A stretch of DNA of 52,238 nt from Candidatus Falkowbacteria bacterium LH_S3. GTDB taxonomy: Bacteria > Patescibacteriota > Patescibacteriia > Patescibacteriales > JAGXOH01. The first letter of the stretch is position 1. Every line of letters begins with the position of its first letter. Positions 42,678 through 51,628 of the stretch are shown piece by piece. The notes beneath the pieces are model-generated. The model ran no database searches. It saw only the letters and a program-made list of their open reading frames with translations, and was not told the DNA's origin. Position numbers and translations under genes: made by a program. The DNA lies in NCBI GenBank assembly GCA_023659985.1, contig JAGXOH010000001.1:1-52238 (forward strand). The letters are read 5' to 3'.

Positions 42678-44156
42678 CTATCTATTCAATTTTTGATTTT
42701 TATTTCTGATGTGAATTAAACTCATCACAGCCACTAACACCCAAAACTGAACAGCCAGATCATTTTTAAAGTAAGGCACATCCACCAGTCCATGTATTAT
42801 AATAGTTATTAAAGCTCCTATCAAGCCACAAACTACAGCCCGATCTCGGCTCGGCAAACTCTTAAGACCGTAATAAAAATACTTAACAAACATCCACCCA
42901 AAAAGCAACACTCCTAAAATTCCCAATTCAATCCAAAAATTCAAAATAATATTATGAGGATACAAATAGACTTCTATAGGTTGCCAGTATTTAGCTTTAT
43001 ATTCATCCCCTCCCCATACTATCTTTCTCCTAAAATCCGAATCATTATCTTTATTAAAAAACAAACCTTCAGGCCGATAAGAGGCTACTGTTTCTTGGTA
43101 ATGAGCTACCCCAACCCCAGTCAGCCATCTATAGTCGTCTCTTAACATCTTCCAAGAACTGGCCCACTGCAACTGGCGTATTTCTCCTGACAGATCACTT
43201 AAAGTGGCTTTTTCCACCACATATTTTCTAACCGGAGTATAAAAATAGATAAAAGTTACGGTTAATAATAATACTAAAATAAAAACAAGTCTTACTCTCT
43301 TACTATACAAAAAACCAAAAACTATTAAAGCGACAATCACTCCTACAACCGCCCCCTCAGACCGAGCCCATCCTATTGCCAGCCAAGAAAATATTGTTGC
43401 AAAAAAACTAACAACTATAATCATCTTCTCCTGTTTAGTAATCTTTTCTATTTTATCTTTGTAAACCCTGTAAACTTTTTTTAACTTTTGTATTAACAAT
43501 CCCAGAGCCACCAAAGAAATAGGCGCAACAAACAATCCCACGGCGTTGGGATAATTATAAAAAGAAGTAATTCGATTAACCTCTGCTTCCCCCAAATATT
43601 CAACCGGAATCAGCCAACCAGTAAATTTTTGGAGTATAGCGAACACAGAAACAACCAAGGCAGATACACTCAAAGCCGTAGCCACTCTGTAAATATCTTG
43701 CCTGCGCTGAAAAAGATTTACTATTAAGATAAACACTAATAAGGGTTCAAAAAAATATGCCCGCCACAAGCCTAAAGCGTCCAAATCAAAACCGGCAATA
43801 GCTACGGCAATAAAAGAAATTATCAGCAAAGCTATCATTTCTAAAGCAAAAGGATAGCGATTTCTTTTTCTGCTATTGGCCAAATAATCCCTTATTTTAT
43901 AATCACCTTTTAAAAACTTAGTAAAATTAGTCTTAGTTAAAAACCACACACCGAAAGAAATCAATATCATCCCTTCTAAAACAGTGGAAGGCAATCCCAA
44001 TACCTCAAATCTGAATAAATAAGCCGGAAGAGAAGCAATCAATAGCAAAACAGCCCAATCAAGACGATATAGGGATAACAAAAGATAAAAAAATAAAAAG
44101 AGAAAGATGGCAATGTTCATAAAGATAATTAAAGACAACTCAAAGCTAAAAACCAA
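42678..44156 (-). CDS. O-antigen ligase/polymerase-like (Wzy_C) membrane protein
   Basis: More than ten TM helices and the characteristic loop WARSEGAVVGVIVALIVF. Confidence 0.7.
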   Translation of the reverse strand: MVFSFELSLIIFMNIAIFLFLFFYLLLSLYRLDWAVLLLIASLPAYLFRFEVLGLPSTVLEGMILISFGVWFLTKTNFTKFLKGDYKIRDYLANSRKRNRYPFALEMIALLIISFIAVAIAGFDLDALGLWRAYFFEPLLVFILIVNLFQRRQDIYRVATALSVSALVVSVFAILQKFTGWLIPVEYLGEAEVNRITSFYNYPNAVGLFVAPISLVALGLLIQKLKKVYRVYKDKIEKITKQEKMIIVVSFFATIFSWLAIGWARSEGAVVGVIVALIVFGFLYSKRVRLVFILVLLLTVTFIYFYTPVRKYVVEKATLSDLSGEIRQLQWASSWKMLRDDYRWLTGVGVAHYQETVASYRPEGLFFNKDNDSDFRRKIVWGGDEYKAKYWQPIEVYLYPHNIILNFWIELGILGVLLFGWMFVKYFYYGLKSLPSRDRAVVCGLIGALITIIIHGLVDVPYFKNDLAVQFWVLVAVMSLIHIRNKNQKLNR

Positions 44157-44191
44157 AAAAGCATTAAATCATAAATTACAAATTATAATTA

Positions 44192-44215
44192 CTAAAATTC
44201 AAAACGGTTTTGAAT
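44192..44215 (-). terminator. Rho-independent terminator after 44291-45262
   Basis: The palindrome ATTCAAAAC-G-GTTTTGAAT is followed by TTTTAG on the minus strand. Confidence 0.5.
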
Positions 44216-44290
44216 CTGTTATTTTAGTCATTGTAATTTATTTGGAATTTTTATATTGGGATTTATAATTTTTTAAAATCCACCTTCTAA

Positions 44291-45262
44291 TTATACACTC
44301 AACAACATATATAGCCCCATTCCTATTAAGGTGGCTCCTAAAACTTTTTGTATCCATACCCCTCCCCGGAATTGCTCTTTTAAAAATTTGGGATACTTGG
44401 TAGACAAAAAGAATACTATGAACATTAAAAAAACATATTGAGTTCCACGCAAAGAATTGATTAGGGCTACATTGCCCATACTAATGGCTAAATTAAGAAC
44501 AATAAACCCTAAGGCCGCTGATAGACGCACCACTAGGAAAAAGCTCAAATTTTTTGGCTGGCTAGTATGTTTTCTTCTTTTTTTAATCAGTTTTCTCCAA
44601 CTCGGCACGATTAATATTAATAAAGCTCCCACAAAACCTCCCATACGCGAAAAAACAAAACCGCCTATAAAAGGCTGAGTGGTATACACATATTTGATCA
44701 ATACATAGTAAGAAGCAAAAAAGAAGGCAGCCACCACTGAATTAATAATCAACCTTCTGGTGGGCCGATAATGAGCGTGAATGCCACCCATATAATCCCC
44801 GAATACACTTTTAATTTTTTCTTTGGCTTCTTTAAAAATATAAAATCTGGTTTTTCGTATGGATATTAATATCCCTCCTGCCACCAAAACAATAAAGGCC
44901 ACAAATTGTCTTTCAGTTAAAGTCTCCTCTAAAAAAATATAAGATAAAATAAAAGTAAATATGGGTATTAGCGCTCCGGCTATGGGAACCACTCTGGTGG
45001 CCTCGCTCTGATGAAGAGCCTTATACCAAAAAATTAAAGTTACCAAAAACAAAAAGCCGGCAGACATGCTAAGCATCAATTCCCCCAAAGTAGGAAACCA
45101 AGGATCAAACACCAATAAAAATAAATTAAAGATACTCCAAATACCTACATAAAAAGTATAAGTGACTGAAGAGTGATATTGCTTGGAAAGTAAATGCTTG
45201 TCAGCGGTATAAACACCTGCGCTAATAAAGTAAGCAAATAAAGCTGCAAATATCCAGGTCAT
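44291..45262 (-). CDS. Polytopic membrane protein, DMT/EamA-like
   Basis: About ten TM helices in two halves separated by a basic loop. Confidence 0.5.
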   Translation of the reverse strand: MTWIFAALFAYFISAGVYTADKHLLSKQYHSSVTYTFYVGIWSIFNLFLLVFDPWFPTLGELMLSMSAGFLFLVTLIFWYKALHQSEATRVVPIAGALIPIFTFILSYIFLEETLTERQFVAFIVLVAGGILISIRKTRFYIFKEAKEKIKSVFGDYMGGIHAHYRPTRRLIINSVVAAFFFASYYVLIKYVYTTQPFIGGFVFSRMGGFVGALLILIVPSWRKLIKKRRKHTSQPKNLSFFLVVRLSAALGFIVLNLAISMGNVALINSLRGTQYVFLMFIVFFLSTKYPKFLKEQFRGGVWIQKVLGATLIGMGLYMLLSV

Positions 45263-45323
45263 ATATTAGTAACCAGGAACCGGCGATCAAAGACCGGTAG
45301 CTAAAAAATAATTTTTTGGAATT

Positions 45324-46544
45324 TTAAATTTCTAATTTCCCTGATCTACATATCCTGGCATAAATTTTAGCGCTCTCTCTCGGCTTTCGTTCAAAAGTAT
45401 TCCTATCCACCTCATATAAACCAAATTTTGGCCAAAATCCTTCAGCCCATTCAAAATTATCCAAAAGAGACCAATAAAAATAACCCTGCACATCCACGCC
45501 TTCTTGTATGGCTCTATGAACATAATACAAATGATTTCTGATAAAATCAGACCGTTTGTCATCTTGGGCATCAGCCAATCCATTTTCCAATATTATCAAA
45601 GGTTTTTTGTATTTAGACAAATATTTGAGAGTATTATAAATACCTCTGGGATATATCTCCCAACCCATATCAGTCACTTGTTTATTCTTGTTTTTTTTAA
45701 AAGGAGGTCTCCGAATTATCCTGTCATGGAAATAATAATCCACTCCTATATAATCCAAATGATCTTTAATTCTGCGCAGAAACTTTTCATTCCAATTATA
45801 ATGGAATAGCTTGGCCAAACCTTTCTCTAGCAGGCACCATTTCCTGGCTGGCTGGAAATCATTGGTTAATTTAGTGATACTTACCCAAGAATCAGGATAG
45901 AATTGATGAATTAATTTATGGGTTTTATTATGAGCTTTTGCCAAATTATTCAGAACTTTGCGAGATTGAAAATAATTTCTTTTGTTAGGTGGGAATTCTC
46001 CGGTTAAATATCCATTGGAAACATGGACCATGGGTTCATTTAAGGTTACCCAATAATCAACTCTATCACCCAGTTCCTTAATAACGGTACTAACATATCG
46101 AGTAAAATAATTCACCACTTCTTTATTAGTCCAACCTCCTTTATTAGCCAACCACACTGGGTTAGTCCAATGCCATAAAGTTAATACTATTTTCAAATTC
46201 TTTTTCTTAGCCTCATCCAAAACCTTTTTATAATGCTCTATTTCCGCTTCATTAAACTTGCCTTCCTCAGGCTCAATCCGAGCCCATTCCACTCCCATAC
46301 GATAAGCATTGCAATTCAAGCTTGCTACCATATTCAAATCTTCTTCGTATCTATTATAGGAATCACAAGCTTTTCCGCAGATATACTCTTCCAGGTCCCT
46401 GCCCTGTTTCTGAAGCTTTTTTTTTCTTTCCGAAGAAGTCTCCCACTCACTCCAATCATTAGTGATACCACCTTCTATTTGATAAGCTGAAGTAGAGGTG
46501 CCCCAAAGGAAATTCTTTGGAAATTGTATAATGTCTTTACTCAT
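45324..46544 (-). CDS. Glycoside hydrolase family 1 beta-glucosidase
   Basis: FLWGTSTSAYQIEGG, acid/base TLNEP, nucleophile ILENG, and C-terminal WSLLDNFEW. Confidence 0.92.
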   Translation of the reverse strand: MSKDIIQFPKNFLWGTSTSAYQIEGGITNDWSEWETSSERKKKLQKQGRDLEEYICGKACDSYNRYEEDLNMVASLNCNAYRMGVEWARIEPEEGKFNEAEIEHYKKVLDEAKKKNLKIVLTLWHWTNPVWLANKGGWTNKEVVNYFTRYVSTVIKELGDRVDYWVTLNEPMVHVSNGYLTGEFPPNKRNYFQSRKVLNNLAKAHNKTHKLIHQFYPDSWVSITKLTNDFQPARKWCLLEKGLAKLFHYNWNEKFLRRIKDHLDYIGVDYYFHDRIIRRPPFKKNKNKQVTDMGWEIYPRGIYNTLKYLSKYKKPLIILENGLADAQDDKRSDFIRNHLYYVHRAIQEGVDVQGYFYWSLLDNFEWAEGFWPKFGLYEVDRNTFERKPRESAKIYARICRSGKLEI

Positions 46545-46599
46545 AACAAATTAAAAATCTAAATGATAAAATTCATTTTATTATATTAACTGTACCATA

Positions 46600-46725
46600 G
46601 GAAAGATAAAAAATAAATTCTTCAAGAACTCTACGCCCCATAGACACTGATCTAGCAAAGGAATTGCTACGCCGCCGGGAAGCTCTTTGGCAAAAAACCG
46701 CCATATGTGTGTGTACATTACCCTA
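46600..46725 (-). pseudogene. DDE transposase remnant, third paralogue
   Basis: The minus strand reads GNVHTHMAVFCQRAS....GRRVLEEFIFY. AAAACCGCCATATGTGTGTGTACATTACC matches 17594-17622. Confidence 0.45.
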
Positions 46726-46797
46726 AAAGCTTGACAGAATAATCCAGATATGTTAACTTCTGAAATAGATGAATATGTTCTTTAAAATACATAATTT

Positions 46798-46850
46798 CTG
46801 CGGCAATAAAGAGAGATTTAGCAATCTTAGATCCTTCTTTGTTGCTGCAG
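46798..46850. promoter_or_regulatory. 15-bp-stem hairpin (two G-U pairs) 33 nt upstream of the 46883 ATG
   Basis: CTGCGGCAATAAAGA ... TCTTTGTTGCTGCAG with a 23-nt loop. Confidence 0.4.
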
Positions 46851-46882
46851 AAAAGACAGTAACCATTTTCTATAATTAGAGA

Positions 46883-47479
46883 ATGAAAATTAACGAAAAA
46901 AAGGAGGAAAAAATGGAAAGAGAAAGAAAGCAGAAGTTGATAGTTCGTTGGTCCATTATGACAGGTAGTCTAATTGCTCTGTTTTGGGCAATTTGGTTCC
47001 TGATTGCTGGCGAAGTCCCAGCTGTCAGCAATATCAAGGTAACGGAAAATTGGACATATATCCTACCGTTTGGTATTTCACGCTGGTGGGATGTATTAGT
47101 CGGTCCGATTTTTTCGGCGATCATTATCTATTTTTTAACTAATGAAAAAATAGAGGAAAGTGAAGATCTAGATCTGGTCATCACACCGGTCATCGTGTGC
47201 GTCGCACTGGTCTCCACACTCGCCATACCGGGCGTCATAGCGGACGTCGCACTGGGGCTCACATTGGGGCTCACACTGATCGCCATGGTGATCGCCATAC
47301 TGAGCGTCGCACTGGAAGTCGGAATAGACATCGGATTAGCCATTTCACTAGGTGTTACACTAGTCTTCGGAATAATAATTTTCGGAATATTCTTTGGGCT
47401 GGTGTTTGGGTTGGTGTTTGGGCTAATTATTGCTCTTTGGAAACTATGTCATTTAGTTGTCCATTCCAGAATAATCTAG
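46883..47479 (+). CDS. Hypothetical membrane protein with an internally repetitive, GC-rich hydrophobic segment
   Basis: Charged N-terminus followed by TM helices. GTCGCACTGG occurs three times, at 47201, 47246 and 47306. AGGAGGAAAAAATG lies at the internal M11. Confidence 0.55.
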   Translation: MKINEKKEEKMERERKQKLIVRWSIMTGSLIALFWAIWFLIAGEVPAVSNIKVTENWTYILPFGISRWWDVLVGPIFSAIIIYFLTNEKIEESEDLDLVITPVIVCVALVSTLAIPGVIADVALGLTLGLTLIAMVIAILSVALEVGIDIGLAISLGVTLVFGIIIFGIFFGLVFGLVFGLIIALWKLCHLVVHSRII

Positions 47480-47509
47480 AAGCGGGTTAACAAATAATTT
47501 TTCTCAAAC

Positions 47510-47545
47510 CCCTGGTGGATGATAATTCTGCCAGGGACTTTTTTT
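47510..47545 (+). terminator. Rho-independent terminator
   Basis: CCCTGG...CCAGGG stem followed by ACTTTTTTT. Confidence 0.55.
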
Positions 47546-47553
47546 GGGAGAAA

Positions 47554-47584
47554 AATCAGGACGTTTCTAAGGAACGTCCCGATT
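47554..47584. repeat. Family-C hairpin element, copy 3
   Basis: AATC-A-GGACGTTTC-TAA-GGAACGTCC-C-GATT followed by TTCTTTCTTT. Confidence 0.8.
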
Positions 47585-47685
47585 TTCTTTCTTTATTATT
47601 TTCATTAATGATGCTATAATTTTTATATCCTTGTTATAATTACTAATAGTTGTTAACAAATTGAATCTGTAAATAATTAAGTCTT

Positions 47686-48252
47686 ATGACTATGAGAATT
47701 GGTGTTTCTGGCAATAGAGGAAGTTTCTCTGAAGAGGCTGCTCAACATTATTGTCTGGAAAACAAAATTAAAGATTTTAAGATAGATTACTTAGAAAATG
47801 TTTCTAACGTTTTAAAAGCTTTAAATGAAAGAATCGATAAGGCAGTGTTTCCAATAGAAAACTCTAACGGTGGTATTGTTTATGAAGCAGTTCAGGCTAT
47901 GAGTAAATACACTTTTAATATTGAAAAAATTTTTGAAATTGATATTAAAATGAATCTTTTGGTAAAATCAGGAGTTAATGCCGAAGATATAAAGCAAATT
48001 GTATCCCATCCCCAAGCCCTTAAACAATGTCGGATGTATTTAAAACGTAAGTGGCCAGAAACAGAACTAAAAGAATCCGCAGATACAGCAGGCGCTGCTC
48101 ATGACCTTAGTAAGGGCGTATTAAAAGAAGATTCAGCTGTTATCTCACCTAAAATTTGCGTTGATTTATATGGCTTAGAATTATTAGAAGAAAGCATCCA
48201 GGATCTTAAATTTAATTTTACTACCTTTATAATTGCTTCTCAAAATGAGTAG
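47686..48252 (+). CDS. pheA: Prephenate dehydratase, catalytic PDT domain only (no ACT domain)
   Basis: GNRGSFSEEAA, PIENSNGGIV and VSHPQALKQCRMYL. The protein is only 188 aa. Confidence 0.8.
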   Translation: MTMRIGVSGNRGSFSEEAAQHYCLENKIKDFKIDYLENVSNVLKALNERIDKAVFPIENSNGGIVYEAVQAMSKYTFNIEKIFEIDIKMNLLVKSGVNAEDIKQIVSHPQALKQCRMYLKRKWPETELKESADTAGAAHDLSKGVLKEDSAVISPKICVDLYGLELLEESIQDLKFNFTTFIIASQNE

Positions 48253-49276
48253 AGATAAAAAAACAATCGGGTTGATAGGGTTGGGTAATTTTGGCTTACT
48301 CTTAGCCGCTATTTTAAATGAGTATTATAATTTAAAAGTTTATAATTATTCTAAAGATTTAAATATTACTTCTAAAGCTGAGAAGATAGGTGTTAATTTA
48401 GTTGATTGGACAGAAATATATGATTGTGACGTAGTAATAGTTTCTACTCCCATATCTGTAACCAAAACATTAATAAAAAGAGTTGCGAAAAACTTAAAAA
48501 AAGGAGCTTTGCTTTTAGATGTTTGCTCAGTAAAAGAATATCCTTGTAAGTGGTTAGAAAAGTATGCTCCAAAAAGAGTGGAGATTATAGGAACTCATCC
48601 TATGTTTGGCCCTACCACTACAAAATTTGATCCAGATAAAAAATATTGGGAGATTAAAGGAAAACAAATAGTTTTATGCCCCCTGCGAGTAGGAAAAGAG
48701 AAACAGAAAAAGATAGAAGCTTTTTTAAAGAGTTTAGGTTTGGAAATTATTATTACTAGCCCAAGAGATCATGATTATCAAACTGCTAAGTCCTTAAATT
48801 TTGTTCATTTCCTAGGGCGCTCTTTAACTGAAGCAGGAATAACCGAACAAAAAATCTATACCCCAGGTTATTCTGATCTCTTAAAAATTCTTCCTCACAC
48901 CAACAATGATAAATGGCAGCTTTTTTGTGATATGAATAATTTTAACCCTTATGCACAAAAGGTTAGAAAGAAATTTACCAAAGCCTCTTTTGCAATAGAA
49001 GAAAAGATGGCTAAATCTAATGCTCTCGGGGAGATGGATTATAACCGCAAGATGATAGATAAAATAGATACAGCTTTGTTTGACTTGTTGGAAACAAGAA
49101 TGAAATATTCCCAAAACGTAGGAAAAATAAAAAAACAAGAAGGAGGATCAATCATAAACTCTAAGAGGGAAGATAAGTTGATTAAAAAACAGAGTAGCAG
49201 AGCAAAATTAAGTTCAGACTTTATTAGAAAAATTTATAAATTGATACTAAAAGAAAGCTATAAGAAACAAAAATAA
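48245..49276 (+). CDS. tyrA: Prephenate dehydrogenase with C-terminal AroQ-type chorismate mutase
   Basis: IGLIGLGNFG NAD-binding site, GTHPMFGP, and a C-terminal KIDTALFDLLETRMKYSQNVGKIK...REDKLI CM-type helix bundle. The ATG at 48245 overlaps the pheA stop by 8 nt. Confidence 0.75.
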   Translation: MSRDKKTIGLIGLGNFGLLLAAILNEYYNLKVYNYSKDLNITSKAEKIGVNLVDWTEIYDCDVVIVSTPISVTKTLIKRVAKNLKKGALLLDVCSVKEYPCKWLEKYAPKRVEIIGTHPMFGPTTTKFDPDKKYWEIKGKQIVLCPLRVGKEKQKKIEAFLKSLGLEIIITSPRDHDYQTAKSLNFVHFLGRSLTEAGITEQKIYTPGYSDLLKILPHTNNDKWQLFCDMNNFNPYAQKVRKKFTKASFAIEEKMAKSNALGEMDYNRKMIDKIDTALFDLLETRMKYSQNVGKIKKQEGGSIINSKREDKLIKKQSSRAKLSSDFIRKIYKLILKESYKKQK

Positions 49277-49279
49277 TAT

Positions 49280-50380
49280 ATGCTTTCAAAAAGAATTAAA
49301 AAAATAGAGGAGTCAGGTATAAGAAAGGTATTTGAAATGGCTTCTCAAAATAAGGGAGAATTGTTAGATTTTTCTATTGGACAACCACATTTTAAAACAC
49401 CGGAAAAATTAAAAAATGCTCTCTGTAAGGCCTCTCAAGATAATTATAATCATTATACTTCTACCAAAGGCCTTGAAGGTTTGCGTAAAAAAATAATAGA
49501 TAAATTAAAAAAACAAAACAAAATTAATGCTAAAGAGGAAGAGGTAATGATAACTAACGGAGTGAGTGGAGGTATCTTTTTAAGTTTTGCAGTCTTGTTA
49601 GATCAAGGAGATGAAGTTATTTTGCCTGATCCTTATTTTGTCTTGTATAAGCAGATTTTAGATTTTTTTGGGATTAAAACAGTTTTCTTGGACACCTATC
49701 CTGACTTTCATATTAATCCAGATAAACTAAAAGAATTAATAACAACCAAGACTAAGGCAGTGATAATTAATTCACCCAATAATCCGACAGGTATGGTTTA
49801 TGAGAAAGAGGAGTTGGAAGAAGTGGTTCAGATTGCTCAAGAAAATGACCTATTTATCTTTTCAGATGAGATTTATGAAAAGTTTGATTTTGACAATAGA
49901 TTTTTCAGTATTGGAAGTATCTATGATAAAACTATAACTTTAAATGGATTTTCTAAAAGTCATTTGGTTACTGGCTGGAGAGTAGGGTATCTTCATGGAC
50001 CTGCTTCAGTAATTGAGGCTATGAACAAACTACAGCAATATACCTTTGTTTGCGCTCCTGCTATAGGTCAGCAGGCAATTTTTTCTGAATGGGATGTTGA
50101 TTTGTCAAGTTATGTTAGTCAATATAGAAGCAACCGAGATTATTTAGTCTCAAACTTGGATTCCAAATTTAAGTTTGTAGATCCAGAAGGGAGTTATTAT
50201 GCCTTTATTAAAAATCCTCAGGGAATGAAAGATTTTTCTAAAAAATTAATTGAGAATAAGGTATTAGTAGTTCCAGGAAAAGTTTTCTCTAAGAGAAAGG
50301 GATATTTCAGGCTTTCTTTTGCTACTGAACAAAAAAAATTAGAGAAGGGGATTGATATATTAAATAAAATTGTAAAATAG
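49280..50380 (+). CDS. Class I/II PLP-dependent aminotransferase (aspartate/aromatic type)
   Basis: NSPNNPTG, SDEIY, and NGFSKSHLVTGWRVGY with the PLP-binding lysine. Confidence 0.88.
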   Translation: MLSKRIKKIEESGIRKVFEMASQNKGELLDFSIGQPHFKTPEKLKNALCKASQDNYNHYTSTKGLEGLRKKIIDKLKKQNKINAKEEEVMITNGVSGGIFLSFAVLLDQGDEVILPDPYFVLYKQILDFFGIKTVFLDTYPDFHINPDKLKELITTKTKAVIINSPNNPTGMVYEKEELEEVVQIAQENDLFIFSDEIYEKFDFDNRFFSIGSIYDKTITLNGFSKSHLVTGWRVGYLHGPASVIEAMNKLQQYTFVCAPAIGQQAIFSEWDVDLSSYVSQYRSNRDYLVSNLDSKFKFVDPEGSYYAFIKNPQGMKDFSKKLIENKVLVVPGKVFSKRKGYFRLSFATEQKKLEKGIDILNKIVK

Positions 50381-50520
50381 AGAAATTTGCTTCCCCCAAA
50401 ATTGTTGAAAATTGAAAGTTGAATGTTGAAAGAAATAAAAATAATTAATTGCTGAAAGCTGAAGGCTGAAAGAATGCCTAATACCGAAAGCATTAGGTAA
50501 TTTGCCAAAGGTAAATTTTT
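50381..50520. repeat. Family-B modular repeat
   Basis: AAATTTGCTTCCCCCAAAATTGTTGAAAATTGAAAGTTGAATGTTGAAAG, GCTGAAAGCTGAAGGCTGAAAG, the hairpin CCTAAT-ACCGAAAGC-ATTAGG, and TTTGCCAAAGGTAAA. Confidence 0.85.
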
Positions 50521-50558
50521 GTGGAAGTTTCTATTTTATAATTCATAATTTAGCTGTT

Positions 50559-51248
50559 ATGCAATATAAAAAAACATTTGTTATATCTCTTGGAGGGTCT
50601 CTTATAGTGCCTAACGAAGAAATAAATTGGCGTTTTTTGAAAAAATTCAGAAAACTGATACTCAATCAATTAAATACTGACAAAAAATTCTTTTTGGTAG
50701 CCGGTGGTGGTACTACTGCCAGAAAATACATCCAAGCCGCCAGTAAAGTAATAAAAATATCTCCGGATGATTTGGATTGGTTAGGTATCCACTCTTCCAG
50801 ATTAAACGCTCATCTATTGCGAACTATTTTTCAAGATCAAGCCCACCCGGAAATAATCAAAAACCCTACTATTCATATAGAAGCAAAAGAAAATATTATG
50901 GTTGGAGGAGGATGGAAGCCAGGCTGGTCTACTGATTACGTAGCCACCATGATAGCCCAGGAATATGAAATCAAACACCTGGTTAATCTCACCAATATAG
51001 ATTATGTCTACACCAAAAACCCTAATAAATACAAAGATGCTGAAAAAATAAAAGAAACCAACTGGAAAGATTTCAGAAAATTGGTAGGAGACAAATGGAC
51101 TCCTGGGCTTAACACTCCATTTGACCCTATTGCCACTCAAAAAGGAGAAAAATTGGGCTTAGAGGTGACTCTCATGAATGGTGGCAATTTGGATAACCTA
51201 AAAAAATATTTAAATGGAGAAACATTTAAAGGAACAATTATTAAATAA
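50559..51248 (+). CDS. pyrH: Amino-acid-kinase-fold UMP kinase (archaeal type)
   Basis: FVISLGGSLIV and FFLVAGGGTTARKYI. The ATG at 50559 is preferred because the track start lies inside the repeat. Confidence 0.75.
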   Translation: MQYKKTFVISLGGSLIVPNEEINWRFLKKFRKLILNQLNTDKKFFLVAGGGTTARKYIQAASKVIKISPDDLDWLGIHSSRLNAHLLRTIFQDQAHPEIIKNPTIHIEAKENIMVGGGWKPGWSTDYVATMIAQEYEIKHLVNLTNIDYVYTKNPNKYKDAEKIKETNWKDFRKLVGDKWTPGLNTPFDPIATQKGEKLGLEVTLMNGGNLDNLKKYLNGETFKGTIIK

Positions 51249-51322
51249 TATCTTAGAAACAATAAAACTTAACAGCTGTAATCAAAATTTTTATTTTTTA
51301 ACTGCCAACTTTCAAAGACAAT

Positions 51323-51351
51323 AAAAAGCAACCCCTAAAAGGTTGCCTTTT
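51323..51351. terminator. Bidirectional terminator between pyrH and the AbrB-like gene
   Basis: AAAAGCAACC-CCTAAAA-GGTTGCCTTTT. Confidence 0.6.
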
Positions 51352-51364
51352 ACTTGCCTCCAGA

Positions 51365-51529
51365 TTACCTGCTTCTCCAATCCCTAACTTCCAATCTACC
51401 CCTACCCTTGTCTTCCACTACGATCTTTTGCTTTTCTTTCCAGCCATATTTATCAATAAATGCTTTAGGTATTACCACGGTATAACTATATCCAGAGGTC
51501 TTGGTCAATTTAAGTGTGTGTTTAGACAT
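51365..51529 (-). CDS. AbrB/MazE/SpoVT-type swapped-hairpin small DNA-binding protein (54 aa; below the track cutoff)
   Basis: MSKHTLKLTKTSGYSYTVVIPKAFIDKYGWKEKQKIVVEDKGRGRLEVRDW matches the looped-hinge-helix pattern (..vviPk.....g...gd.v.v). Confidence 0.6.
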   Translation of the reverse strand: MSKHTLKLTKTSGYSYTVVIPKAFIDKYGWKEKQKIVVEDKGRGRLEVRDWRSR

Positions 51530-51541
51530 ATTATTAAATAT

Positions 51542-51576
51542 AGTACTTACTTTAGTACATACTATAGTAAGTACTA
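51542..51576. promoter_or_regulatory. Palindromic operator candidate AGTACTTACT..GTACATACTATAGTAAGTACT upstream of the AbrB-like gene
   Basis: 10-bp arms AGTACTTACT/AGTAAGTACT, with the perfect palindrome TACTATAGTA at 51560-51569. Confidence 0.45.
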
Positions 51577-51628
51577 CTTAAAAACAAAACCAAAAACAAT
51601 ATATTAAATTTACTAAGATATTTAAAAA

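Noticed and set aside
47128-47490. ORFs 47197-47490 (+) and 47128-47343 (-) within the GC-rich repeat.
   Set aside because: They are low-complexity translations (HTGRHSGRRTG...; SPNVSPSATSAMTPG...) of repetitive DNA nested inside a longer ORF with a proper start. They are listed only as part of the compositional anomaly.
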